NCBI GenBank assembly: GCA_053919585.1
Contig: CM132787.1
DNA from: Euprymna scolopes
Lineage: Eukaryota
Reading direction: 5' to 3' (one strand)
Length of the DNA stretch: 63,869 nt
Shown here one piece after another: positions 41,701 to 55,230 of the stretch. Position numbers and translations under genes: made by a program. Every line of letters starts with the position of its first letter. Position 1 is the stretch's first letter. The notes beneath the pieces were generated by a model. It was given only the letters and a program-made list of their open reading frames with translations. It was not told where the DNA came from and ran no database searches.

Positions 41701-42473
41701 TGTTGATGAATCGGCTGAGTATCTATTGTATGCATCCAACAGAGAGCTCCATCGATTTTAGGTTGACAGTAATCGTTCTGTTTGGCGCATTGAGCTCCAC
41801 GTCGATGTTTACAGTATGAGCAGAACGCGCTGTATTCATGGACAATTGTATTTTGTGCAACAACTGTTAGCCAGGGTCGCGAACAGCTTGTTACGCCTCG
41901 AGAGCTTCGTGTGTAGCGTCTGAACAGGTGTTCTGTATGAACGAGTTCTGTAAAACTATAACCTAATATGAATCAGACGTTTACACATCAAATCGAATCG
42001 AAATGTAACAGTCATTTCTTCTGTCAATGGTCGATAAACTCTGCTAAAATACAACTGCTAGTTTGTATCTATTCAAAAGATATCAACGACCTTTTTTCAA
42101 AGGATGTTTCTTCAGATTAAAGGAAACGGAGCTATATACGTAAAAATTAATGGGTACGGATAAACAGAAGAGAAATTGAACAACCGCTAAAATATCTACG
42201 ACGGGTGTCTAACCCGAAGGATTCGTCGCGCAGTACTGCAGAACGAGTGTCATTGTTTTGGGAAATAGCTAAAAATTCTTTATGTCAGAGATTCATATTC
42301 AATTTAGGAATGCAGTCGTTTGTACATTATTTTAGACATAACTGGATATTTAATATGTCAATTAAAAGAATGAACAATACGAGTTTATAAAAATAGAGTA
42401 ACAAATACGTTAGATATTGAACAATTCAAATTGGGAATTATTTGTTTGCCAAAAGTGTGTTTAGACACACATA

Positions 42474-42845
42474 GGTAGAATCCCCGTGAATACATTTTAC
42501 GTGGCGTGGCACTGAAATCTTCGAGAAAGAAGGTTCTTAATATATTAGACCGGGTTCAAAGTTAGTTAGAAGAGTTGGAGATAGTACGTCACGGACAGAG
42601 CCTGAGAGCTAGACAAGAGACTCAGAGAGGATCAGTCAGACTGGGTGCGTAATCCATTAGAAGCGAGGCGGGGAGGAGAAACCATGTAGCCGCGCAAGCT
42701 TTAATTCCTGAATCATCAATCAGCCGGTTGTATGAATGAAGAATCGCCATCTATATTTTGTAAACTGTTTGTCTTCTTGTCGTCATTAAAACGGAAAGAT
42801 AAATGTGGTTTGTCTTTCATCCTGTACACGATCTTCTGTATAACA
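42474..42845 (+). mobile_element. Candidate solo LTR
   Basis: GC-richer block with ATTAAA at ~42785 and terminal ...TAACA; 5' TG and TSD not clear. Confidence 0.3.
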
Positions 42846-43059
42846 CCCTCAAATTATTAACTGTTTGCCCACTCCGCAATCTGTTAAATTGCTCCTCCAT
42901 CATTATCTATATAATATCCCCTCCTTTTTCTGATGTAAAAATACCTGTTGCACTAATGTATCAGCTCCATAATATAATAAGGAATTATCATCACATTCGT
43001 TGTGATGTAAATAGTATATAAATCATCTGTTCTGGGTCTGTGTTTTACGTGGTCCTGTA

Positions 43060-43828
43060 CGCATTCTGCAACACAACATGAAAAGCGTAGCGGAATGGTT
43101 GTTTAAACATGTCCTGGCGGCAACGAGAGTTTTAGTCATTAATAAGCGTAGTGGTGGTCAATTGAGTGTTAACATCGAATATTATAGGTCCTTATTGAAG
43201 GGAATTCACGAAGAACTATTTGAGAACTTTGAATGAAATGTCACGTATTCAGCGATTTCTAACCACTTGAGAGGGATTGAATGATTAAGAAACTTTATGA
43301 ATGAGGGCTTCACGAATGAAATGACAACCAAAAATATAGTCGTTTAGGAACTGTTATCTTCTCTATAAAGAAGAGTAACCGTTTCTCGAGCGGGTTGTTA
43401 ATTGCGATTAACAGACAGTTCTTTACAAAAATCGGCGACTCTAATCGTTGTGGTTAGACGTCGACAAAGCTCCATGACGCTTCCTTATGGCATGGTTGCA
43501 CGAACAAAAAGGGTCATGCTTACTCTTTGAGGGTCTGTAAACAGTATCATCCATTATAGTTGTTGAATGCAGTCCAAACAATTCCGGCGAAGAATATTGT
43601 CAACAAATATATGAAATGAACTAGACACTTCGACAATAATACCCAGTATTACTATACAGCAAAAAGCACAAGTTCCTTTTACATGAATGGCAGAAAGCAC
43701 ATTGAAAAACTGATCCTCCAGAAGCTGAAGAAAATGGCGCTAAGAAGCTATACTCCCCATAGCACTCACCACCGACTACACGTTTGTCCAGCACCCGACA
43801 TCTTGCTGCGAACTCTCCTGTCAACCTG

Positions 43829-43830
<2 letters not shown>
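43060..43830 (+). pseudogene. Decayed mariner (DD34D-type) transposase
   Basis: SAISNHLRGI, KKLYE*GLHE*NDNQK (WVPHEL), IIHYS, AEEYCQQIYEM, LLHE, LILQKLKKM, PTDY-like segment. Confidence 0.75.
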
Positions 43831-43908
<78 letters not shown>

Positions 43909-44039
43909 GCATAAAACCTTAATCCCCTCCGACAGCAATGCAGTTGCGGCACCGTTCACTCCACATCTAAAAATGTCCATGCAATTTCCTCGGATGAGTG
44001 CGTGTCAATGACCTTCGTCACGGTTTCTTTTATCTCCCC

Positions 44040-44880
44040 GAATGTTTCATAACACTAGCCTGAAATGTTTTCATTGAGCTTAGGGAATAAACAAAAGACA
44101 GAATGAACAATGTCTGAGCTATCTCGAGAATGAGGATCTGACATGATGGAATAGTTTTTTACAATAGAGATATTTCCGCGTGTGTATTGTCCTGGTGGAA
44201 ATGACACTAATCCGATTTTTCGGTGCTACCACTTTTCAACGTAATCTCTTCCTGAGCCCTTTAAACCTAAATATAGTACTATTTGTCAACTTCATCTCCA
44301 GCGCTATACCAATGCATGGTGACCATGCCCGTGATGTCAAAATGAAGCCATATATATTTTTTTTTTCTGCGGATTTTCTTTGTGTGGTCTTCATAGGTCT
44401 GAACAAGCTAGCATGCCTCCATTAGGAATTTATTTTTGGGTTACAGCAGTAGATCGCAGGTAAAACAAGCATTACGTCCCGCGACATCTTAATTAATCAT
44501 CTAAACCATCTCCCTGCTGTGTTGACAGTGTTATTTCTATCTTCTCTGACAATCCTTGCGATAAACTTCGCGCAAATCTTCCGTATCTTCTCCTCCTCGC
44601 GAATAATTGTATGTACAATTCTTAAACTGACATCCAACGTTTCTTATCTACGAGATTCTTTATCTGGACATCATGCTTCATGAATTTATTATCCCACACA
44701 AAAGTTGATACTCGATTAATAGTATTCCATATGTTTCTTTGACATATTCATTCATTTTAAAACGTAATTTTATTGTATATTGTTCTTCCAAAGTGATCTC
44801 ACATTCAGAGTGTATTTTTTAAATCCACCAGGCGTAAGAATCAGATTTTGATAGTGTATATTTCACTTCCTGCTGTAACT
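44040..44880 (-). pseudogene. Second decayed mariner transposase
   Basis: FDITGMVTMHW and HFHQDNT motifs on the minus strand. Confidence 0.65.
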
Positions 44881-45667
44881 GTTATTTTGAATTGGAAATC
44901 ACAAAAAATAACCAGTCATCGCGTAAGTTGTACGGAATAACATACCGAACATTCAATGTCTACGACAGTTTCCTGTGCCTATACAAAAATCTGGAAATTA
45001 TTTAAGGCACCTTGTACATGTCTTCTCGTTTAATTAAAGACACACCATAGCGTATATATATTATCTAATCCTTTTTGTGTTTCCCTTTGATTTCAAGCGG
45101 ATGATGTTAGACTAGCTTACACGAATATATCTGACAATATAGCTTTCTACTCTTTGCTGGATTTATTTCATGTCATATTAATTACAACAGTATTGATTTG
45201 GTATTTTCGAACAATCGTAATTAATTATTCGCCGAATTATTTCTCGCCGCTGTCTTTATTGTATAGGACGACTTAATTAGTATACATTATGAGCGAGTTC
45301 ATTACCAGGATTTATGAAATGGTGTAACGGCAAAGTAAATTAAGAATAAAATAAATCTGACAGAGCAAGAATCTGATCGGATAAAAACAAATGAAAATGT
45401 GCCAAGAATATACCATTGACGGATTGAGAGAATAACGAATAGAAAGTGAAATCAAATAGTTTATGGGGTAACAAATAGGCAAGCAGTATGTGGACAAAGC
45501 CTGATGAGAAGTAAACGTCTATTACGAACCAAAGACGTAGACGGAAATAAAGAACTAGTGTTACATATGGAGATACAACGATGGCAGTGAGGGAATCAAA
45601 ATGATGGTAATGTGAATGAAGATATAAAAATGACTTTAGAATTTTGAAGGTATCATATGCATATATA

Positions 45668-46403
45668 TCTATAATATAAAGTTGAATGTCTGTATGTGTG
45701 TGTCTAGCCACGAATATGTGTCTATGTGGTTGACTATTTGAAAAAACTGATTACATATAATGGCAGAAGATGGATCGAGATAGGAGTAGGTATGTTTGAT
45801 CTGGCAGAACGGTGATTCATAAAAATTGTGGGGTCTGCGTTCGCGCCTGGTCAACAAAGTATGGAAAAAAACAACGTTTACAAGTGTTTTGATATATATG
45901 TACATAAGACTACTTTGATAAATATGTTTTAAATTAAATAGGCTGGTATCATAAAATTGCGGGGTCTCCGTTCGCGCCTAGCCTTCATAGAATGAAAATA
46001 GGTACAACATTTAATAAAGACTTTTCTTATCTATCTGCGTAAGTATACTTTGATAATTATGTTTCAGTTTGAAGAAATATGGTATAATAAAATGATTGGG
46101 TGTTCGTTCGCATCTGACCTCCATAGAATGAAAATGTCACAAAGTTTAACAAGGTTTTTAATATAGATCCACAGAATATTGTGATAAGTATTTCAGTGTG
46201 AAAAGGTATGGTATAATATATTATAGGATTTATCTATTTTATTTTTACTTTCATCATATATTGCTTTGGTTTTGATACTCCCAAATTCAACCCAAACCCA
46301 AATTTCCAAACCTTCCTTTTCATAACCTACCATACTTTCATAAATCAGAATCAATTTTCTGTAGGCTGATTTTGAACCCAGTCAACAACGGATAATTTTG
46401 CTA

Positions 46404-46404
<1 letters not shown>
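45668..46404 (+). mobile_element. Non-autonomous Helitron (family C) with internal ~3x subrepeat
   Basis: A|TCTATAATATAAAG start with TG microsatellite, end ttttgCTAG|T; ggggtct.cgttcgcgcct repeated at ~45830, 45961, 46098. Confidence 0.8.
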
Positions 46405-46451
<47 letters not shown>

Positions 46452-46837
46452 GTCCCCTTTGTTGTTTAGCAGATAAAAAGTTCAAGACAACCATCACGAT
46501 GTGTTGATTATTGATTTAATTGATTACATAATAATACGATCGGTTATATAATGTATACTTTACATTTTAGACAAGGATTTTATATGTTTTTATTAATAAA
46601 GTGTTGAAATAAATACCCTTACTTATATGTGAGAATCTTTAATTAAAACGGATTAATACTGCAAATCGTTATTAAATATTATATGTTATGCATTGGAAAA
46701 TGATACATACAGTGTGAAAATAAAAGATGACACACCGATATATCGCTGTTTTATTAATTATGTGCTTGCTCACGCTAATGTTAGGGACAAAATATCAGTA
46801 AACGATTTACAAATATATCGTTAAATATCTGCTTATT

Positions 46838-48569
46838 TAAAATGCATTTGTTGTAGAGTTTGGAGAGAACTGGAGCTACTTCGGCTGAACACTGTTTTAA
46901 TAGCACAGCTAGGATAAGATCGGGTCCACGTGCTTTTGAAGTGTCAAGGTTTTTTTTTATGATAGCATGCACCTGAGCAGGGGTGGTTTTCAGATCGTCT
47001 AGCCTGGCGTCTGTCCGCATAGGAAAATCAGGTATGGGGTGGTTGGAAGGGTCCAGTGTGGAGTTTGAGGCAAACCGACTGGAAAGCATGTTAGCCCTGT
47101 CGGTTGCTGAGGAGACAACCTCGTGATTGTTGGAAAACTGCTTCTGTTGTACCAGTATTCAAGAATTCTGGCGAAAGGAGAGACCCATCAAATATCGCCC
47201 CATTAGCCTCCTCCCACTTTTTGCCAAAATATTTGAGACCATAATTTACCATGCTCTAGTCCATCATCTTACAGATGCTAAACTACTGACTGACAAACAA
47301 TATGGGTTTAGACAAGCCCGTTCCACAGTAGACATCCTAACTGTCATCTCTGAACGTATATACCATTCACTGGAAAAAGCGGGGGAGGGCAGAGCGGTAG
47401 CTCTAGATATATCTAAGGCTTTTGACAGGGTGTGGCATGAGGATCTCCTCAGGAAAATCAGATCATACGGTATCACTTGTAGAATACTTAACATAATTAA
47501 ATCCTTCTTAGATAAGAGAAAAATCCAGGTTGTCCTCGACGGTCGTACATCTAAACAATATGATATAAATGCGGGGGTGCCCCAGGGTTCTATCCTTGGA
47601 CCTCTATTTTCCTGATATTTTTAAATGACCTCCCCGACAAAATTGCCTGAGATGGGTATATATGCTGATGACACTACACTCTATGGCAGGCACGACAGGA
47701 AGACAAATGAACACATTTCTAAAGAAATGGCAGGAACACTAGAGGAAGACCTCCAATCTGTAGTGGAATGGGGATAAAAGTAGTTGGTCGCGTTCAATGC
47801 TGCCAAGACTAAACTAGTTTCATTCAATAATTACAAGAAACCCTATCTACCACCCATAGCAATGGCAAACAACTCTTTATCTGAGAGTCCATCTTTCAAA
47901 CTCCTTGGCCTAACGTTCACAGGAAACATGAGTTGGAACAATTACATTGAAGACATTGTCAGGGCCGCTGCAAGAAAGGTGGGCTCTCTCTACCGTGATA
48001 GAAAACTACTACCACCCGAAATTATCATGCACCTCTTTAAGGCCACCATTCGCGCATGTATGGAGTATTGCTGCCACATCTGGGCTGGTGCATCTGCTAC
48101 TAGTCTCTCGCTCCTTGACAAAGTTCAAAAGAGAGTCGCAAACCTGATAGGCTCTGAACTGGAATCTAAGCTTCAGCCTCTGTCCCATCGACGAAACGTT
48201 GCATCCCTCTGCCTTTTCTACAAGTATTTTAGTGGTGACGAACTGCAATCACTTGTACCCCACGACGTGAGCACCCTTGACAAAGCCGACAGGCTGCTAA
48301 ATCCCACCCCCATACTGTAGAGATCCCTAGATGTAAACGATTTTTTTACTCCAATAGTTTCTTCCCCAGAACCGCTAGACTCTGGAATTTAATTCCAGGT
48401 CCCTGCTTCCCCAACAGTACAGTCGTGCAAAAGTTCAAGTGTAACGTGAACCGACATCTTGCTGCCTAAATCCCTACATAATACCCCAGTAGTTGTTGCC
48501 CCTGATAGTAGCCCCCTACACCAAAGCATCAATTTGCCTTGTTTGGCGTGAAAATGTAATAAAAAAAAA
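46838..48569 (+). mobile_element. CR1/L2-group LINE, 5'-truncated, with inverted 5' segment (46838-~47123)
   Basis: RT motifs YRPISLL, QYGFRQARST, LDISKAFDRVWH, GVPQGSILGP, YADDTTL, MEYCCHIW; 3' UTR and A tail; upstream coding part on minus strand. Confidence 0.93.
47124..48470 (+). pseudogene. Reverse transcriptase pseudogene
   Basis: ORF fragments 47127-47615 and 47784-48320 separated by frameshifts and stops. Confidence 0.92.
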
Positions 48570-49189
48570 TGCTCATTCGAATTGGGATAAGACTTCAATA
48601 TTTGAATGTTTATTGCTTTATAATAATACGTTTGCAATATACAAAATCGGTGTTAATATTTTTAATTAAAAAAATTCGTTTACATCGCAATTCTTTCCAA
48701 TTTTTTTTCACCAAATTTTGGACCTCAGATAGAATTCATGTTTAAAAAATATATATATGCATGTATCTTTGTGTGTGTGTGTGTGTATGTGCGGATATGA
48801 AGTAAAACTGAAGATTATAAATGATTCCCGATTTAGATTATGTGCTATTCTAGCGGCTACGCATGGCCGTGGTACCATGAAANNNNNNNNNNNNNNNNNN
48901 NNNNNNNNNNNNNNNNNNNNNNNNNNNNNNNNNNNNNNNNNNNNNNNNNNNNNNNNNNNNNNNNNNNNNNNNNNNNNNNNNNNNNNNNNNNNNNNNNNNN
49001 NNNNNNNNNNNNNNNNNNNNNNNNNNNNNNNNNNNNNNNNNNNNNNNNNNNNNNNNNNNNNNNNNNNNNNNNNNNNNNNNNNNNNNNNNNNNNNNNNNNN
49101 NNNNNNNNNNNNNNNNNNNNNNNNNNNNNNNNNNNNNNNNNNNNNNNNNNNNNNNNNNNNNNNNNNNNNNNNNNNNNNNNNNNNNNNNN

Positions 49190-51290
49190 TTGCCAAGTTG
49201 TTTGGAGGTGAATTGTGAGAAAAAAAAAACAAAGGTCATTTTTTTTTTATTCGACTACTATTATGACCGCTTACAATTTATTATTTTGGGTTAGAATCGA
49301 ATTATTAAGTTAGATCCGTATCCAAGGTACCGATATCTAAAATTTCAAGTGCGTAGAACCAGAATAGTCGGAGGAGTTTGCTAGAGTTCTCAAAGGAAAA
49401 ATCGTTGAACTTTGACCGCTTAACAATAAAAATTGCTGGCCGAAAACTGATCACATAGATTTTCCCAAATCTCAGTACACTGTATATCAAATTTCGAGTC
49501 TGTAGACTAAAATTGACACATTTATTGCGTAGAGAAATTTACACAGACACACGGACACACAGTCACGTTCACTTTTATAGATATACTTTAATGGCTTCCC
49601 GGCCTTGCCCGAGTGTGAGGTGTATGCTGAGCAAAACCAAAAACCAAAAAAGAAAAACGGTCATTTTTTTTTTAATTTGACCCTATTATGACCCATAATA
49701 TTTATATTGTAGGGCTTCATTTAAGTTATTAAGTTAGACCCATGTCCACCGAACCTATATCTAAAATTTAAAATGTTTAAACAAAAAATTGTTTGAGGAG
49801 GTTAGTAGAGTTCTCAAAGGTCAAATCGTTGAACTTTGACCCCTTAACAACGAAATTTCTGGCCGAAAACCGATCACATGGATTTTTTTTCCGAATCTCA
49901 GTAACCTGTATATCAAATTTCGGGTCTATAGACTAATAAATGATAGAGTTATTGCGTAGGGAAATGTACACAGACAGAGACAGAGACAACCAGACAGATA
50001 AACGGACACATTCACTTTTATAGATATACTACTCCTCTATAAAAGTGAACGTGTCTGTTTATCTGTCTGTGTGTCTGTGTCTCTGTCTGTGTACATTTCC
50101 CTACGCAATAACTCTATAATTTATTAGTCTACAGACTGCTGGCTAAAATAAATTATTAAATTAGATCCATGGCCAGGGAACCTTTATCTAAAATTTCAAG
50201 TGTTTAGACAAAAAGTGTCGGGGGAGTTGGGTAGGGTTCTCAAAGGTCAAATCGTTGAACTTTGACCCCTTCAACAGTCAGATTTCTGGCCGAAACGGAT
50301 CACATATATTTTCCCAAATCTCAGTATCTTGTATATCAAATTTAGAGTCTGCAGACTTAAAATTGCCAGTGTTATTTCGTAGGCAAATGTACACAGACAC
50401 ACACACACACGCATACACACAGACAGACACGTTTATCTTTATAGATATATAGACTTGCATTGCAGCCCGGCGTTGCCCGGGTGTTTGGATGTGTCTGTTG
50501 AACAACAGTGGTCGTAGGAAGGCAGGTTCGAACCCGTACAGCGAAGGAGAAAATAACGGGGTAAAAACCTGACGTCTATGCTGTTAAAATCCCTGCCAAA
50601 TCGGAGCCGACATTTTTTTTTAAAATTACGGCTAGACAATCCTAAGGAGAGTATAACTTTCTAAAATATCGGCGAAAAAAGTGACCCCTCCCGGTCGAAA
50701 AGTGCATATGTAATGGTGAAGATATTAATGTTTTAGCCAATATTTCGATATTTGTCGTATGAAAGGTCGAACTTGAAAACGATACTGATCTTCGTAAAAT
50801 CCGTCGCCTCTGTCGAGATTTTTAGGCAGACATGCAAACATAAACACACATACATACATCTATATATTGGTGATTGAACATTTTCGACCCAAACAGATAG
50901 AAAAAAAATGCAAAATTTCAAATGTTTAGATCAGAAATTGTCTGAGCAATTTGAAAGAGATCGCAGAGGTCAATTTTGTTTTAAGTTTGACCCCTTTTTT
51001 GACCGCTTAGCATTTATTGTTTTGGGTTCAAATCAAGTTATTAAGTTAGATCCATGTCCAAGAAACCTATATCTAAAATTTAAAGATTCAAACTTATCTG
51101 AGGAGTTTGGCAGAGTTCTCAAAGGTCAAATCATTGAACCTTGACCCCTTAACAGACAAATACTTCGTCGAAAACAGATCGCATGAATTTTCCCCAATCT
51201 CAGTACACTTTATATCAAATTTTGAGTTTTTTAGTAAAATTTGAGTTATTGCATAGGGAAATGTACACAGACACACAGAAATCACCAGAC
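49190..51290 (-). mobile_element. Cluster of ~4-5 Helitron family A copies (49190-49582, 49590-50025, 50036-50137 on +, 50150-50447, 50452-51290)
   Basis: Repeated ttagatccatgtcc...ggtcaaatcgttgaactttgacccc...cacgttcacttttataga blocks and cccggcgttgccc hairpins. Confidence 0.85.
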
Positions 51291-52336
51291 TGAATTCATG
51301 TGACGATAATTATACTGTATATTACATAGGTAGAAATTGGACCATACTATTAACGATTCACTTTACATAAAAACACTAAGTGAATGAATAATATCAGGAC
51401 ATAATTTTCCCAAAGTTGACCATTTAAATATGCTATAATATATATTTTTGACCTTACTGGATTCTGGGACGAGAATTCACCTTGTCTAGTAAAATATCCA
51501 GCTTCTTACACTTACGAGAATTCGAGGAAATTTCAGTTATCTGATTGAAGCTTATTTGTAAGGAAATATATGTACATGTTATGTTTATCTGATTAACCCT
51601 TGTGCATATAGATCTTAGACAACTGAGGATAGTATCTAGTGGGAATTACATTTTTATCAGGTACGCAATCAGTTTACTCTAGTAGATATTTGAGTTCTCT
51701 CCCGTGTGTATTCGAATTCTCTCTCATCCAAGTTATCACCTGTTGGAATCTAATTTCTCCAGTAGGCATTNNNNNNNNNNNNNNNNNNNNNNNNNNNNNN
51801 NNNNNNNNNNNNNNNNNNNNNNNNNNNNNNNNNNNNNNNNNNNNNNNNNNNNNNNNNNNNNNNNNNNNNNNNNNNNNNNNNNNNNNNNNNNNNNNNNNNN
51901 ATTTAACGTTACGGAAGTGCTAATTTGCCTCGTGTCATAAACACTTTTTACATCATAATGGAAATAAAGGTCTGTTGACAGATGAGAAAGGTATATTTTT
52001 ATCTTGTGCTCTAGTAGAACATGGCTTATTTATTTTCATTTAAAACAGTGGGCTTTTATCCACACTTAAATATAACCATTGTTAAGTACACCTTTTCATA
52101 CTATTTTCATGGCAGAAACTCTTGGCTGGACATAAATAATTACAAGAATTAAAGTTGTATTAAGATTCCGCCCTCATGGAGTTTAATTCGAACACAAACA
52201 ATGCTTTCCTGGGCAGCACAATCTTGCAGTAATGACAATATGATTCTTATCTTCTTAAAGAAAAAAAAATAGAAAGCAAGGAAAAAAATTCACATACGTA
52301 AATGTTGACGGAAGAGGCTAGCATATTATTTAATTG

Positions 52337-52955
52337 GAATTCATTCAGATGAGCTTTATTTAGTAATTTGTATAATGCGGACTATTAGCCTCCTCTTTTT
52401 TAGATGTTGTTTCACGATGATTCGGTCAGCTTTTCATCTGAGCTTCCTTATGTTGTAAACGCGAACGACAGGGGAATAGTTGTTGGAAACATCGTGAAAC
52501 AACAACCAAGAAAGAGGAGAATAATAGTCCGCAATATATAAATTAATAAATAATATTCATCCTAAACCATTCGGTACGGACCCAACCATGGAAGATCAGA
52601 TAATGAATAAACGTGGATTGATAAGACCAAAAAATCCAACCTAGATCTCCCTCGGGGCCCGTGGCGCAATGAATAGAGATGTTGAATGTAGAAAGTTCCA
52701 GGTTATAACTGTCTGAAGATGGCGGCTTCAATTCTACCCAAAAGCCGGCCAGAGGCTTACTTGGGCAAAACATGGTGAGACGGCTACAACTATTGCTGAC
52801 ATTAATAGCTTAGAATGCGGTTAGGAGATTCTGTGTTCCTATTCCGTCGCGGTTACTCCCTAACGAAGGTCAGAGGAATAGTTGGCCGAAACGTCGTTAA
52901 TTAACAACTAAGAAGGATGAGGATAATAGTCGGCAATCTATGAATTAATGAATCG
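52337..52955 (+). mobile_element. Old Penelope pLTR-derived element: inverted copy plus two direct copies ~405 bp apart
   Basis: gaaac.tcgt...aacaac.aag...gagga.aatagtc.gcaat at ~52486 and ~52888, inverted at 52340-52430; hammerhead-like CTAACGA-aggtca...tggcc-GAAAC at 52860-52892; similar to 26340-26430. Confidence 0.7.
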
Positions 52956-54210
52956 GATCGTGTATCGTTACGACGAAAATCTTGCAAAAACTTATTTTAG
53001 TAGCTCTTTTAACTTTCTAATCTTCAGCTGTCTGATTTGTCTGCTCATCCATGAGCTCTATTATTAGATAGTCTATTTAATCAACTGCTGTTCCCTGTTA
53101 TTTTAATTGATTGTTATTTCGTATATAATAGTCTTTCTATAACGTTGATGACACTGTATCTAGCATTTTTAAAAACAAATATGTATTGCGGATATGCCTG
53201 CTAGTACTTGAAAACAGTGGAATTTGTACCATGTATAATGTTATAACTGGAAAGTATTTTACAATCATAAGATTCGGAGAAACCTACTTTATTTAGATGA
53301 TGTACTACATGATTTTGTGCATAACCCACATAACTTGTCATAAAAAACTGTACATGCTTCCCGTTGAATGATATATAGGACAGATGAAGAATTAATTAAA
53401 TGACTAAAACGCCTGGAGAAAAATAAGGCAATATTGTTCTAGCTATAGACATCTCGTCAGAGAGTAAGTTTAAGTGGTATTTATGTTCTGTGAATGAAAG
53501 AATAAGATGTGTGCTCATAGCTATAAGCGTAATGGGAAAACATTGTTTTTCAAAACAATTACTACGTTATTAATTAGGAAAATAATTATAGTTAAATTTA
53601 ACTTATACCAATTTTATTGAAGTAAAGTTTAGTTGCACTAATGGTAATAACGGTTAAGGTAAACGACACTTCATTGGCCATAGGCCCTACGGACCTCTCG
53701 AAATTTGATAAAGTGAATAACGCTCGAAATATATGTTCGGTTATGATCCACTAAAAATAGCTTCTTGTCAGAAAGAAATCTCATAATTAATACTATTATA
53801 TTTCAACCATTAAAGAACATAGAAAACATACGACCAATTAGTTTCAATTAAATACATCGATGATATATTTACACAGTGAAGAAGTTATATCAGAATTCTG
53901 TTCAGTAAATTTTCATAAATGATACTTCAGATAAGACGACACCGCATTAAAACGGATTGAAATGAAATTATTTAGCAAAATGCTGCATTAAAAACTGGGA
54001 AAAATTAGTTACCATGAATTCTACTTAATGTGTCTTATCTTAATGCAAATAGAATTATATGAATTTTAAACACGAACTCATTTTTTTCTTATATACTTAA
54101 TATTTCATTTTGTCGATCTCCAGAAGTCATTCATAGAATATACACGTAGAACCTTTCATATAAATCATTATAAGCCTTTGTATGTTGAACAGGCATTACT
54201 AATTTATTTT

Positions 54211-54211
<1 letters not shown>

Positions 54212-54296
<85 letters not shown>
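54212..54296. repeat. (TAA)n(TTA)n self-complementary microsatellite
   Basis: Direct observation. Confidence 0.97.
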
Positions 54297-54297
<1 letters not shown>

Positions 54298-54619
54298 TGT
54301 TATTAGTTTTAGCATTTATAGCTTTTATATATAAAAAAATAAACGTTTAATTTGTGCAACTCCCCTTGACGTAAATATGCACAATTTACGTACATAAAAA
54401 TAAACAAATATTATATGAGAATAAACAAAGTAGTTGCGCATTTTGTTTACGTACACATTAGTTTAAATTTGGTTACATTTTATTTAAGATTAACCACTAT
54501 TAAAGGCCCACACTCTTAGATAGGGGTTCATGAAAACATTGTGGTAGTGTAGTAATCGCTAATAGGGTAAATTGGATAACGTTAAATGATTTATGAGGAG
54601 TGCTAAACAAGACTTTGTT

Positions 54620-55230
54620 CACATTAGATTAAAAGGCTACAACGTTGTATTAAATTGGGAATCAGGTCACTGAAACAAATTCTACCTGTTGAACATTTCT
54701 AGAAAAGAAAATCTGGTCATCAAATCCGCCCTTAAATTTAGACAATGTTAGAGAGTGAGGAAAATGGCATATAGTATTTGTAACTAGTCGAATGTTTTTG
54801 TGAATGTTTGGAAAGCGGGAACGATAGATTCGAGTTCAATCAAGTACTTGCTATGAAAATAACGATAGAGCTAAGACAGGCACGTAATGACTCTTATGTG
54901 GGACAGAGGTTGCGGGAAAACCTAAAATGCGTCACCTACTAGGAATTGAAGACGGTCTGAACTGTCAAGGCTGGATAGTGTACGCCGAGCAGTTCCTGCC
55001 AAGATGTGGTAACGGTACTCCATTTTAAATAGTACCTGTTTGTTATAGAGATAGAAGATCACATCAGCAATGAGATACCTCCTGAATCTGTAGAGTGATT
55101 CAAATATTTTCCCAGCGATCTTGACAACATATTTGATGCATGTGTTCCATTTCAGTTCAGAAGTAAACGTCAGAATTTTTAATACGGGACTGGCCGATGA
55201 AGTTTCCATGATATTGGAAAGCATTTCTCA
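54620..55230 (-). pseudogene. Old CR1/L2-group LINE 3' coding fragment
   Basis: LTFTSELKWNTCIK...SLYRFRRYL...KMEYRYHILAG aligns by eye with 47784-48320. Confidence 0.8.
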
